Under the pieces are notes generated by a model, which was given only the letters and a program-made list of their open reading frames with translations, made no database searches and had not been told where the DNA came from. From contig JAUFOQ010000004.1 in assembly GCA_040285855.1 (NCBI GenBank), forward strand, positions 1,674,001-1,738,000: 64,000 nt of DNA. Direction: 5' to 3'. The first letter of the stretch is position 1; the number at the start of each line of letters is the position of its first letter. The translations under genes and the position numbers were made by a program. Shown here one piece after another: positions 39,601 to 54,600 of the stretch. This DNA comes from Eukaryota sp. GEM-RC1 (Eukaryota).

Positions 39601-42600
39601 GTGAATTGTCTGATTCAAATACAACGCCAACATCTGAGTACAAAATTGAAGTATTTGAAATTGAAGTATTTGTTACAACAAAGTGAAAGACTGTTTCAGA
39701 ATGAAGATGATGCAATTCAATTTGCCTGAATAATGAAGATTCTACGTAGTCCAAAACAAACAGTGAACCAGTCGAATGAGAAATATTAAAATTCGTTACA
39801 ACAAAGGATCCCTTAATAATCATGAATAATCCAAAGGAACTCCCAAGGTTAGTGTTCTGGCAATAGAAATAATCAACGACGACATCGCTGTCAGTTGAGG
39901 AAAGAAAAGAATCAGAAATCAACAATCCATCTGAGACAAAATCATTAATTGAAATGGTTGAATTGGAAACGTGATAAACATGTGTTACTGAGGTGTTGGA
40001 AAACGTGAATTCAGAAGAAAGTATATCAACATCACTCAATACAAATGCGTCACAGAGGGTGGAATCAATTGTAGCAAAACTCTGCACTTTTCCAGAAGAT
40101 TCATTGGATTTTTAAAACGTGTTGTAATTTGGAATTTGAAACCGAAACATTAACGATCTGAAATGTTGTGGTAAGAGATCGAACGGCCATTGGCAAATTA
40201 CTATCGTAAATATTTAAATAGTGTACAGTACTAAGATCAACCTGCGATAATTCAAATAAGCTTCCAGACGAGTAAAACAGTTCCATTTCATTGACAAGTA
40301 AACTGTTTCCAAATACAACAAAACACGTGTCACAAGTTACATTAGAAATAGATACGTCACATAATTCAATTAGACTATTTACTGATTCAATGATTGAGTT
40401 GCAATTAAAGTCTTGAAACATATTTTTGTGGAGAGATGTAGTTGAATTGGATACAAAAATAATAGAGTCTGAAGAGTGTAAACCAATTATATTAGAGTTG
40501 TCAATTTGAATTTCAGAATTTGTTGATGACATTAGCTGGCCAAATGTAGTCGTTGATAGAATTGAAGAGCCGTTGATATTAAATAGTGTAAAATTCAAAC
40601 GGTAGATTAATTCTGCCCTCGTCGAATCAATGGTAAAATCAAATTGATTGAGCTCACTATTAAAAAAGATCGAACACATGCAATGAAAAATTTGAATTTG
40701 AACAAGATGAATGATTCAACATCACTTGTGAGTTGTTCAAATAAAACAATGTACCAGTTACAATATTTGAAATATTACTGTGAAATATCTCAATAACAGA
40801 GTTCTCAACAATGAACGAACATTCGTCAGCAAAACCAGATATAGCAACATTCATCAGAATTAGGAGAGAATCATTGGACTGAATGGTACTTGAAGAATTT
40901 GACTCAAAATTACAATTTGATACATAAACAGTAGAAGAATCAATGATAGATGTGGAAACACCACTGTCGTGAATGACTAAAGAATTATTTAAAGAGAAAG
41001 ATGAGTTAGAAACAGAAAAACAAAGGTCTGAGTTACAGACAATGTTGAGATTGGACACGGAAAAATTGGATCCCCCAACTTCAAATAGAGTCTCTGCAAA
41101 TCCAGTGACCTGCACGTCACCAAGACCAATCACTTCCCAATCCAAATCAAAAATTTTCGTCGTAATATTAAAGGAATACTTTCCTTGATGTAAATAAACC
41201 TTCCCCTTTCTTCCCATTCTTGCTAAAACTCCTTTAAAAGAACCACATGGACTAGTTAATGTCCCGCAACAGGGATCATCAACTCCAGTAGTAGAAATGT
41301 AAGAAACTTCATTCAAATGAGCCACATAAAAATCAATTGTTCCAAATACTGAAGTAGAAGTCAGATTTACTTTAAAAGTGGACAGACACGTTGTTTTTAC
41401 TGGAAACAAATTGACCAATCAGTTTAGAGGATTCCATAAGTAGAAAGTCGTTACGACTCCAGGTCAAAAAGGAATCAAATTCTATCTCGAGAATACCATC
41501 TAAATATAAAGTAGAACCAACAAGTACTTGAGTGGAAGCAGTGTCATTCAGAAGTTGAAGAGTAACAGTTGAAGAAGAAGACAGAACAAGGTTTTGGTCA
41601 AATACTATTAAGGGTAAGGGAATGATTTGACCAGAGTTTGAAGTGTTGTCAAAAATAACTCCAGAACCACTTAAAATTTGAAATTCTTGTAGATCAAAGT
41701 GTTGATGGAGAAAAACATGGGAATCTGAAAGAAATATGTTCAAAGTCTGAGAAAAAGCTACTTTTATAATAGAAAATGTGACATCATTTCTCATTAGAAC
41801 ATCAGAATGACAAGTGAAAGTACCAGTAGAGGACTGGAATTCTGAAACTGACACGTCATCAAGAGTCACATGACGGAAGAAATCAAAAGAATCGGATAAA
41901 AGAACGGCGCCAGATACCGTAGAGTTAGTCACTGATTCTCGGACGACTATGGAAGAAGAAAAATTACCATAATTAACGTCGAACAAGAAATCCACTTCAA
42001 ATGAAGAATTACCTAAAATTTGACAAAGTGAACACCAAAAGAAATCAACGTCTACTTGAATAAAAGACAATGATTCAAAGGTTGATGAAGTTAGGTCTAG
42101 AACCTGGAGATTAGGAAGGTCAATATCATTTTGGAAAAGACTATTGATTGCAATCAAACTTAGTGTTGTTGTGGATATGTTAACTGAATCATCAACAATC
42201 AGTTGACTTGAATTTAAAAAGAAGGAAATCGTATCAAGAAGAAGCTCTGATTCTTGTAACAAGCTGACATGTGAATTTTGGTGAATTTGAAATGACTTTA
42301 AACTGTCATGCAATGCCTGTGGTTGAAGAATTGAATTGTAAGGAATTAATCGAAAAGTGATCAGAAATAAATAAGAATCTACAACGTTGAAGACACAAGA
42401 TCCATTTAAGTTGATAACGTCAACAGTCTCGAAAAAGGCAATTACAGATTTGAGAAAAGCCAAATTATCACAAAGGTTCAAAACAGTAGAATTTTTGAAA
42501 ATGAACAATCCTCCTATTAGATCAAATAAATAGTTTTCACCAAGTCCAGTTAAACTATTTAAGTTCTCATTATTGAAGGAAATATCAACTGATAGTAGAG

Positions 42601-45600
42601 TTGAGTTAGTAGATCTAGCCATCAAAAATCCGGATCTTAGAAAAGAACTTGGTGAAATATTCAAATTATTGAGTTCAAGAGTTACATCAAATAGTTTAAA
42701 AACATACGCTGTCGATAATTGCGACAAATTGACGTTATGCAGAGTAAAATCAGATGATGAGCCATCGAATACTGTTGAAGTGTTCAATTCAATAAAACTT
42801 AAATCATCAAGAAACATCAGTGAATTGTCAAATTCAAAAACAATGTTGGTATGTGAGTATGAAATTGAAATATTTGAAATTGAAATATTTGAGCTAACCA
42901 AAAGGAAGACCGTTGCCGATTGAAGATCAAATAAACTTAAGTGATAGAAACTTGAATACTCCACATTATTCAAAGCAAAGAGTGATCCTATCGATTCAGA
43001 AAAATTTAAATTTGTTACAGTCAAGGATCCACTAATTAACTCAAAAAGTGCAATGGAGTTTTCTAAATTGGTATTTGTCCAGGTACACGACTCAACGATG
43101 ACTGTACAATCAAAAGACGAAAAAAAGGAAGTTGAAATACTCACGTCATTGAATATAAAGTTATTAAGTCCAATGATGGAGTTGGATACGTGGTAGACAC
43201 GTGTTGCTGAAGTATTAGAAAATACGAAATCAGAGAATTTTACATCAACACCATTCAACCCATAAAAAACACTGAAAGAGGAATTATCTGAAATAAAATC
43301 ATGACACACACCTGAAGAGTCTTCCGATAATAAAAAAATTCATGAATTTGGAATTGTAAATTGAAACATCAGAGAATTCAAATGTTGTGTAGATAGTGAG
43401 AACGGAGGTCTCAATAATGCAATCAAAAATATTTAAAAATTGTACAGCGAATAGATCAACTTGCGACAACTCAAATATAGAACCAGACGAGTAATATAGA
43501 TCCATTTCCTTGACAAATAAACTATTTCCAAATAGACCAAAACACGTGTCACAAGTAACATTAGAAATGATGACTTCATTTAATTCAATTAGACCATTGA
43601 CTGATTCAATTAGTGAGTTGCAATTAATATCTTTGAAGAGAATGTTTTGCAGAACAACATTCGAGTTAAAGATGTTAATGATAGGAATGGAAAAATTAAA
43701 ACTGGAAAAAGTAAAGTCGATAACATATAATTCCGAATTATGTGATAATATCAATTGGTCAAAATAAATACCAGATAATACTGGGAAAACACTGATATCA
43801 AAAATGGTGTAATTGAGGGAAAACACAGTCACCGTGCTAACAGATTCAAATGAGAATTCATATGTACTAATATTGCTGCTGGTAAGATCAAAAGGGCAAC
43901 CGAGAAGTTAGATTTTGAATAATATGAGTGATTCAATTGAAGGAGAGAACTTGTCAACCTAAACAATGTTTTAGAGTCGACATTTATCATTGACGTGTCA
44001 CAGATCTCCATCTTAGAGTTTTCCAGAATAAAAGCATTATACAGACTAACACTGGAAAAAATAGAAGAACAAATGATTAAAGATGAATCAGCAACAAAAC
44101 CAATTGAAGGAGAATTAATACTCATAAATGAAGTATTTGAAAGCTGAACTTCAGTGGAAATGAATTCAAACAGAGTACAATTAAGTAACTCAAAAGCAAG
44201 AAGATTACCATCAAGGTTTGAAGTAGTTAAATGAATTAGTGGAGAATTATTGGGAGTAAAAAGATCAAAGAAGGTCAAATTGCTGAAAACTAGATCTGAC
44301 AGGTGTCCAATCAAAAATGATTTAATCAAAGCGACATTAGATTTCAAGACAACATCAATCAAAGTTAATGTTGAATCACTTAAATCAAAAGGGTTTTCAA
44401 CACTACATCTTCAATTTCAATCAATTTGACTGTGACCACAGAATCGTCAATTTTGACGAGTGGTTTAGATGACTTTACGTCAATAATAGAACTATTTGAC
44501 AAGGAAGCTGTAGAAGAAGATAGAGAGAGGAAGTGTTTCAGATTTAGATTGTTGAAACGAGAAAGAGTTAGGGCAAACGTTGAATCATTGAAATCGAAGA
44601 ATGAACTTCCATAAATCATAGAAAACTTTGACCCTTCAACAGTTACATTAGAAAGATTATATACAGAGACCAGTACTTGAACCTCAATAGAATGGAAAGA
44701 ACTATTGAATATTGCTAAGTTAGAATTAGAATTGACAACCACGGGAGACACAATTAAATTTGATAATGACAGTCCAGACAAAAATACTGATGAATCAGTA
44801 AATGAGAACAATAAACACTCAATTTCGGACAAGCAGAGATCAACAGCTGATAATTCTGACTGGTAAAACTCAAATAAAGGACCAGAAGCATCACGTATAT
44901 TAGTAATACTGATTGAGCTCAATCTAACACTGCTAAGTTCTGAGTAGAGAAAGTACTTATAAGTTCTGAAAGCATCAGCTTCCAAGTGATTAACAGTAAC
45001 ATTACTGTTAAAGATTTCCAAAACTAACGAAGTATTAACCTTAGTCAAGGAAGTAGTATTAAAACTCATAGTTCCATAGTCTAGATGATAAAGTGAAGTA
45101 AAAGAAGAGTTTTCAATAAGTAAGTTGTCCATAGATCCAGTACAATGTAGACATGTTAAGAGTACGTCAGCATTGGAATGAGTTAGTATAATTGAAGAAA
45201 GAACTAAGCGAGAGTCAGCAATGTTGAAGATAGAAGAACCAAAGAAATTTGAAATTTGAACTGTTTGGAATGACACATCTGAAGAATTCAACACGAATAA
45301 ATTACTATCAATATGTCCAAAACTAGAATTCTGCACATATAACGATCCTCCACGAATGTTTAATAAATGTATGACATTGAAATCATTGGGATACTTTAAA
45401 TTTTCATTAATTTGTTGAAATTCTACCGACAAAAAGGTGGCATTTGTATCTTCCATAAACATAATTCCGGAGGTCAAATCAGAGTTCGAAATTTTAAAAT
45501 AATTGATAGCCAAACTAACATCAAAAACTTCAACCACACAGGAAGCAAACAGATTTGAAATATGACTGTCATTAAGACGAACAACTGAAGATGAGCCATT

Positions 45601-48600
45601 AAGCATGGATACACTTCTTGAAGTAGTAGAATAAAAATTACTGACATACACGTTGGAACTATCTACTTTAAAGGAAGTTGAACTGTTCAATCCAATAGAA
45701 TAGAAAGAATCAACAAGAATTAGTGAATTGTCTGATTCAAATACAATACCAACATCTGAGTACAAAATTGAAATATTTGACATTGATGCTATTGTTCCAA
45801 CAAAGTGAAAGACATTTGCAGAATGAAGATGATTCAATTCAATTTGCTCAAATAATGAAGATTCTACGTTGTCCAAAACAAACAGTGAACCAGTCGAATG
45901 AGAAATATTAAAATTTGTAACAACAACAGATCCTTTAGTTAACCTGAATGATCCAAATGAATCTTCAAAGTGAGTATTTTCACAATGGAAATAATCAACC
46001 ACAATATCACTGATATTGGAGTATATAAAAGAATCAGAAATGAGTAACCCATCCGAGACAAAGTCATTAACTACAAGCATTGAACTCAAAACAAAATGAA
46101 CACGTGTTGCAGAAGTATTAGACAAAATAACACTTTCCATAAGTAAGTTAGTATCACTCAAAACAATCATATCACTAAAAAGGAATTATCCGAAACAAGG
46201 CTTCGACATTTTCCAGAAGATTTTTTCGATTTTAAGAAGTTTGCAGAGGATGAGTTGAAAACTGAAATATCAGTGATGCTAAAGGTTGTGTTGAGAGATA
46301 TAACGACTGTTTCCACAGTACTATCATAGATATTCAAAAATTTGACATTCATAGGATGTACATGTGATGACTCAAATATAGTTCCAGACGAGTAAAACAG
46401 ATCCAGTTCCTTGACAAATAGACTATTTCCATATACATTGATGCACTTATCACAAGTTACATTGAAAAGAATCACTTCATTTAATTCAATTAGACTATTT
46501 ACTGATTCAATCAGTGACTTGCAATTAATGTCTTGATATAGAATGTTTTGGAAATAAGTTGTTGAATTGGAAACATAAATAATGGAACTTGAAGATTGTG
46601 AATCAATTAAATTGAAATTGACAAGAATCACTTCAGAATCTGTTGATGATATTAGCTGCAAAAGATCACTGTTGACGGAACTGTAAAATCATTGATTGTG
46701 AACTTACTGGAATTGATTGCAAATACAGTTTCAACTTGAACTAAATCAAGATTAAAATAAAATTCATTGAACTCACTTTCAAAGAGATCAAAAATAGCAA
46801 ATGAAAAATTAGAATTTAAACAAGATGATTGATTCAACATAATATAGGACCTGTTCAAACGAAACAGCGTGTAAGCTTCAATATTTGAAAAAATGCTGTG
46901 AAAGATATCAATATTTGAGTTGAGGAGAATAAAAGTAGAAGAATCCGGAATAGAGCCAGAAATTTCCACATTCCAAAACACTAATGATGACTCATTAGAC
47001 TGTAATAAATTGGACAAATTTGACTGTAGAACACAATGTGACAGATAGAAATTCGAAGAATTGACCATAATAGTGGAATTATTACCGTGATGGAAGACCA
47101 TCGAATTATTAAACTTCAGTGTTGAGTTTGAAACCGATATACAAACATCTGATCTACAATGAATGGTAAGATTTGTAACAGAAAAATTGGACATCAATAT
47201 TTCAAATAATACTTCATCACATCCTATTTCGACGTCACCAAGACCAATAATATTCCAGTTAACGTTACTTACTTTTCCTAATCCTTGATGAAACGAGTAA
47301 GTACCTTCATGGAAATAAACCGTCCCTTTACCTCCCATTCTGCCTAGAACTCCTTTAAAAGAAGCACACGGACTAGTAAGAGTTCCACAACAAGGATCGT
47401 CAATACCAGTGGTGGCAATGTAAGAAGTTTGTTGCAAGTCAACAATAAAATCGTTTACAAAGACAATAAGAGAAGTTTCTGAATATAATGTAGTAATAAG
47501 TGAAGCGCATGGATTGATAATATTACTAAATTTGCCAATAATTTGAGCAGATTCTAAAAGTGTGCAACTTTTACTAATTGAATCGTATTTTGTGTCAAAT
47601 TGAATTTCTAGTATTCCATCTAAATATGCCGTAGATCCTACTGTTATTTGAGTAAAAGATCCATCATTGGAAATTTCGAGAGCAACAATAGAAGAAGGTG
47701 AAAGAGAAACACTGTCTTCAAAAACGAAGCAAGAAGTAGGATGAATTCTTCCTAAATTGAAAATGCTACTAACAACTTTACCAAATCCAGACACTGTTTG
47801 AGACTCTAGGACCTCAAACGTCGGTTCGAATAGAAAAGTGGAGTTAAGTAGAGTCAAAGTATCATTGAAAGTGAAAATAACATCAATAATAGTAACATCA
47901 TTTCTAATTGAAGCATCAGAATAACAAGTAATGTAACCACTAGAAGATTGAAATTCTGAAACTGACACGTCATCGAGAATCACGTGACTGAAGAAATCAA
48001 TAGATTCGCCTATTTGGACTTTTCCAGATAATAACGGATTAATAACAGATTCCTTGATATGAATAGGGAGACGACAAGTACCCGGAATTAATTTCAAACA
48101 AAGAAGTCACTTCAAATGAAGAATTTCCAAGGGTCTGACAATCAAAGCACCACCAATACTTAACCATTAACTTGCTTGGAAACCAAGATTCAAAGGTAGC
48201 CGAAGTTAAATCCAAAATGTAGATATTGGAGAAGTTAAATAAGTTCTCGAAATGGCTATTGATTGCACATAAACTAAAAGTTGTTGTAGCGATGTTTACG
48301 GACTCATCAACAATAAGTTCGCTTGAATTTAAAGTGATGGAAATATTCTCAAAAACAATTTCCGAGTCTTGTGAAAGACTGATAATTGAATTTTGGTGAA
48401 ATTCGAACATCTTCCAATTTTCATACATTAAATCATCAGAAAGAAAATCTGAACTAGAAGTAGTTATGAACTCTGTTAGATATAAATGAGAGTTAAAAAC
48501 AGTGAAGATAGACGACCCAGAATAATCTGAAATTTCAATTGTTTGAAAACAGACTACAGTAGATTCCAGAAGCGCAAAATTGCCATAGATTTGTCTGAAA

Positions 48601-51600
48601 TTTGAATTATTGGTAAAAATCAATCCTCCACTTATATCGAATAGACTGTGATCATGATGTTCATTAGAGTAATTTGAATCCTCATTACTTAGGGAAAGAT
48701 CTACTGATAGTAGAGTTGAGTTAGTAGATCTCGCCATCATAAATCCAGAAGTTAGAAAAGAACTTGAAATATTCAAATTATTGAGTTCAAGAGTTACATC
48801 AAATAGTTGAAAAACATACACAGTCAATAATTGCGACAAGTTGAGGTTATGCAGAGTAAAAGAGATGCTGAGCCACCGAACACTGTTGAACTGAACAATC
48901 CGATTAAATCTAAATCATCAAGAAACAAAAGTGAATTGTGAGATTCAAAAACAGTGTTGGTATATAAGTATGAAATTGAAATATTTGAAACTGCAATATT
49001 TGAGTTAACGAAAAGGAGAACGGTTTCCGATTGAAGACCAATTAAACTTAAGTGATGAAATATTGAGTATTCTACGTCTTTTGAAGAAATTAGTGATCCT
49101 ATCGATTCAGACATATTTAAATTTGTTACAGTCGAGGATCCACCAATTAACTCAAAAAGTGCAGTAGAGTTTTCAAAGTTAGTATTTACACAATTAAACG
49201 AGTCAATGATAATGGTGCAATCATAAGACGAAAGAAAAGAGGCTGAAGCAACAACATCATTCAACATGAAGTCGCTGATTGAAATGATGGAGTGGGAAAC
49301 GTGATAGACACGTGTTGCAGAAGTGTTAGAAAACACGAAATCAGAGAATTTTACCCCAGATTCATCAATAGCAATCATATTATGGAAAATTGAGTTTTCA
49401 GAAATGAAACTAAGAACTTCTCCAGAAGATTCATTGGATTTTAAAAAGTGAACTAATGAGGAGTTAACAACTGAAAAATCAGTGAATTGAAATGTTGAGT
49501 TGAGTGTCACAAAGGCTGTCGAAATATTACTATCATGAATATTTAAAGATTGTACAGTCATTAGATCCACATTAGACAACTCAAATAATGTCCCAGAGGA
49601 GTAAAACACATCCATTTCCTTGACAAGTATACTGTTTTCAAATACATCAAAACACGTGCCACAAGTTACACTGGAAATAGATACTTCATTTAATTCGATT
49701 AGACTATTTACTGATTCAATCAGTGACTTGCAATGAATATCTTGGAAGAGAACGTTTTCGAAATAAGTTGTTGAATTGGAAACATATATAATGGAACTTG
49801 AAGATTGTGAACCAAATACATAAAAACTAACAAGCAAAACTTCAGAATTTTCTGCAACTAGTAATTGTTCAAAACTAATACCTGTTGTATCTGAAACAAC
49901 ACTTGTATCAAAAATGCTGAAGTTGATTGCAAAAACAATTACAGTGTTAACACTCTCATAAGACAAGTCAGTTTGACTTACAGCACTGTTGAAAAGATTA
50001 AAGAGAACATAAGAAAAGTTAGAGTTTGAACAAGATGAGTGATTCATTTGTAAATTAGACCTTGTTAACTGGAAACAATGAGATGGAATCAATATTTGAA
50101 AAATTACTGTGAATCACATCCATTTGGGAGCCATCTAGATGAAATACAGAATCCAAAATAACACCAGAAACCTCAACATCCTGTAAAATTACTTGAGACC
50201 GGCTAGACTTCAACAAAATAGATGCATTAGATTCAAGATTACAATTTGATAGTAAAATAGTAGAAGAATCTACCATAGCTGTGGAATTACCAGCATCGTG
50301 AAGAACATTTGAATGACTCAGGTGAAAAGATGAGTTTGAAATAGAAAAACAAAAGTCTGTTTTACAATGAATTTTAACATTTGCGATTGTCAAATTGGAA
50401 ACAACAACGTCAAAAGAAGTCTTGTCCAGTACGTTGATGATCACGTTACCTAGACCAATCAGTTTCCAGTCTACATCTGTGAAGTTTCCCAATCCTTGGA
50501 TAGAAGAATAACTTCCTTCATGGAAATAGACCGTCCCGTTTCTTCCCATTCTGCCTAGAACTCCTTTAAAAGAAGCACAAGGACTGTCAAAGCTTCCACA
50601 ACAAGGATCATCAACGCCAGCAATAGAAATGTAAGACGTTTGGTGTAATTCCATTACATAATCATTAACTGAAATAATAAGAGAAGTTTTTGAATAAATC
50701 AAGGATACCAGTGAAGCACAAGGATTAATTACATTACTAAATCTTCCCTTAACTAGACCAGCTTCTATCAGGGTATAATTATGACTAGTTGAATCATACT
50801 TTGTGTCAAATCTACTTCTAATTGTCCATCCAAATAAGCCGTAGATGAAACAATTAATTGAGCTGCAGAACTATCAGTGTGAATTTGAAGAGAGATTATT
50901 GAAGAAGAAGAAAGAGACAAATTCTCTTCAAAAGTAAAATTCGAGGAAGGTTGAATTTTCCCAAAATTTGAAGTATTAGTAATAATAGAACCAAATCCTG
51001 TAATAATTTGATAATCAAGGATTACAAAAAAGGGTCAAAAAGTAAAGTTGAATCGTATAGAGTCAAAGTATCATGGTAAATAAATGAAACTTTGGAAATA
51101 GTAACATCATTTTTGATCAAAACATCAGAATGACACGTAATAGACCCATTAGAAGAAGACTGGAATTCTGAAATTGACACGTCATCAAGAATCATGTGAC
51201 CAAAGAAATCAATAGAATTCGACAATTGAACTTGACCAATGATTGATGAATTGTCTACTGATTCAAGAAATTTTAATTGGGATGAGAAATTTGCAGAATT
51301 AACTTCACAATCAAATTCTATTACCAACGACGAGTTGCCTAGTAGTTGACAATTAAAACAATAGAATACATAAACATTGACTTGAGTATAGAAAGCGGAC
51401 TCAAAAGTTGAAAAGGATAAATCTAAAATTTGAAAATTTGAAAAGTCAACATCGTTTTGAAAACGACTGTTGATTGCGACTAAACTAACACGTGATGAGA
51501 TCTCAACTGAAGCATCATAGTAGAGCTGACTTGAATTAAGATTGATATTTAAATCACCAGAAAGAATCTTGGTTTCTTCAGTGAAAAGAACTGACGAATC

Positions 51601-54600
51601 AAAGAGTTCAAAAGTTTTTAAATTGTCCAAGATGACGTCGCTTGATTGAAGAGTTGATGCACTTACAGAAATTGTTGTGAATTCAAACTCTGATGATGAT
51701 AATTGCACGTCTGAATTAACCAGAGAAAGTGTACCATTACCATGGAAACCAGTTGAAGAAGTATAATCCAAATCCTGAATCTCAGAAAGTGTTAAAGTTT
51801 TTCTAAAGACTTGGACTGCACGAATTCTCCCTCTAAAAGAGTGACTGTATGTGTTAGTGATCTCAGAAAGAGGAAAAAATGTTTGAACACCACTAGAGCA
51901 ACTATACCAATCAGAAGACGACCAAGGTGAAGAATAAGTCCCTCGATGCACACCATTAACATAAGCACTTGCTTGTGAATTAGTAGTGGTAATTACCAAG
52001 TGAAACCACTGTCGAAAGGGTAGAGAAATGGAAACAGAACCAACACCCCATCCGAGAGTACCTCTGCGAAAATGAAACCTACAAGGTTGCTGAGCCCAGC
52101 CAAACCCCATTCCTCCTTCTTCCCAGTAAACCCACAGAGAAATTGAAGCTCCTCTCCAACCGGTTACCCCAGGAATATTTCGAATATGGAGAGTATTACC
52201 AGGAACAACATCAAGATAACCTCCAAATTCATCTTGTTTCCACGTAGGTCCTCGAATTGTTATTGCATTGGAGTTGTGGATACCTGAAAGATCAATTGTA
52301 TTGAAAGAGGACTGCCAATTATAGTGTAAGAAAAGGTTTGAAGGCATAACAGGAACATAACAACTATTTTCAAGTGTAACGTTAGTGACGTTTACAAACT
52401 CTAGTACACTCAACTCATCTAAATCAAGGGTACCATCTCTAATATCAAAGTAACCATTGATTATAAGTTTGTGACTGGATAAAGAAGTGACAGCATCCCC
52501 CAAAACAAGAGAGTTTACTGAAGTAAAGGAAGAAGATGAAGTGATATCGGTCTGGAACTTTCCTCCATTGAGTAAAAGGGTATCAGATATTGTCAATGTT
52601 GAGTGATTCTTGAAGAGAATATCTAAATTGGAAGAAACTGAAAAGAGGAAGCAAAAACTGTCACGTCATCAAGAGTAACATCACTAAATAAATCAATTGA
52701 GTTTAAAAATCGAACTATTCCAGTGAATGAAACATCCTTAGCAGTTTCGATAATAATTAACGGAGATGAGAAATTTCCAGAATTAATTTGAGAATGTGAT
52801 TCGATTAACAAAGACGAGTTTCCTAGTACTTGACAATTAAAACAATAGAATAAATCAACAACTATTTCCAGTGAGGGAAGCTGATTTGAAAGTAGAACAA
52901 GATAAATCTAAAAGATCCATATGAGAAAAGTCAGAACCAGTTTGAAACTGGCTGTTGATGGTGGTCAAACTGAAACTTGATGATGTGATGTCTACTGAAT
53001 CATCAAAGTAGAGCTCACTTGAATTTAAGGTAATAGAGAGGCTATCAGAAAGGATTTTCAAGTCATCAATTAAATTCATCAATGAATCCCTGTCAAGCTT
53101 TACTTGCTGTAAATTGTTCCAAGTAAAGTTATTTGATTCTAAAGTAGATGACCACAAAGAGAGTGAACTGACATACATTAGTGACGATCGAAACTCCAGC
53201 TTTGAATCAATAAATGAAACGTGTCCCCAATGATCTTGAGGGTTATCGACTAGAGTTGTGGTGGTAGAAGTAGTGTCATGAAGGACACTTGAATTAATTA
53301 ATTGGAGAGTGGAGTCTGGTAGGGAAAAACAGATAGGGGAAAAGCAGAAAATGTCAATATTTGAAAGACAAAGATAAGAATGCACTAGTTCAAATAGAGT
53401 CTCATCGATACCCTCGATCATGACGGTGCCGAGAGCAATCACTTCCCATTCAACGTCATGGACTTCTCCCAATCCTTGATCAAAAGTGTAACTTCCTTCA
53501 TGGAAATAAACTGTCCCGTTTCTCCCCATTCTTTCTAAAACTCCTCTAAAAGAAGCACAAGGACTATCAAAGCTTCCACAACAAGGATCATCAATGCCAG
53601 TAATAGAAATGTAAGACTTTTGGTGTAATTCCATTACATAATCATTAACAGAAATGATAAGAGAAGTTCTTGTATAAATCAAGGATACTAGTGAAGCACA
53701 AGGATTAATTACATTCCTAAATCTTCCCTTAATTTGACCAGCTTCTATAAGTGTGTAATTTCGACTAGTTGAATCATACTTTGTGTCAAATCTACTTCTA
53801 ATTGTCCATCTAAATAAGCCGTGGATGAAACAATTAATAGAGTAGCAGAACTGTCATTGTTAATTTGAAGAGAGATGATGGAAGAAGAAGACAGAAACAA
53901 ATTCTCTTCAAAAGTAAAATTTGAGGAAGGTTGAATTTTCCCAAAATTTGAAGTATTAGTAATAATAGAACCAAATCCTCTAATAATTTGATAATCAAGT
54001 ATCACAAAAAGAGGGTCAAAAAGTAAAGTTGAATCATATAGAGTCAAAGTTTCATAGTAAATAAATGAAACTTTGGAAATAGTAACATCATTTTTGATCA
54101 AAACATCAGAATGACACGTAATAGACCCATTAGAAGAAGACTGGAATTCTGAAATTGACACGTCATCAAGAATCACGTGACCAAAGAAATCAATAGAATT
54201 CGACAATTGAACTTGACCAATGATTGATGAATTGTCTACTGATTCAAGAAATTTTAATTGGGATGAGAAATTTCCAGAATTAACTTCACAATCAAATTCT
54301 ATCACCAATGACGAGTTGCCTAGTAGTTGACAATTAAAACAATAGAATAAATCAACATTGACTTGGGTATAACAAGCGGACTCAAAAGTTGAAAAAGATA
54401 AATTTAAAAGATGAATACTTGAAAAGTCAACATCGTTTTGAAAATGACTGTTGATTGCGATTAAACTAACACTTGACGATGAAATGTCTACTGAATTATC
54501 AAAATGGAGCTCACTTGAATTTAGGGTAATAAAAAGGCTATCAGAAAGAAATTTAGAGTTTTGCCTTAAGCTCATAAGGGAATCACTGTCAAGTTCGAGT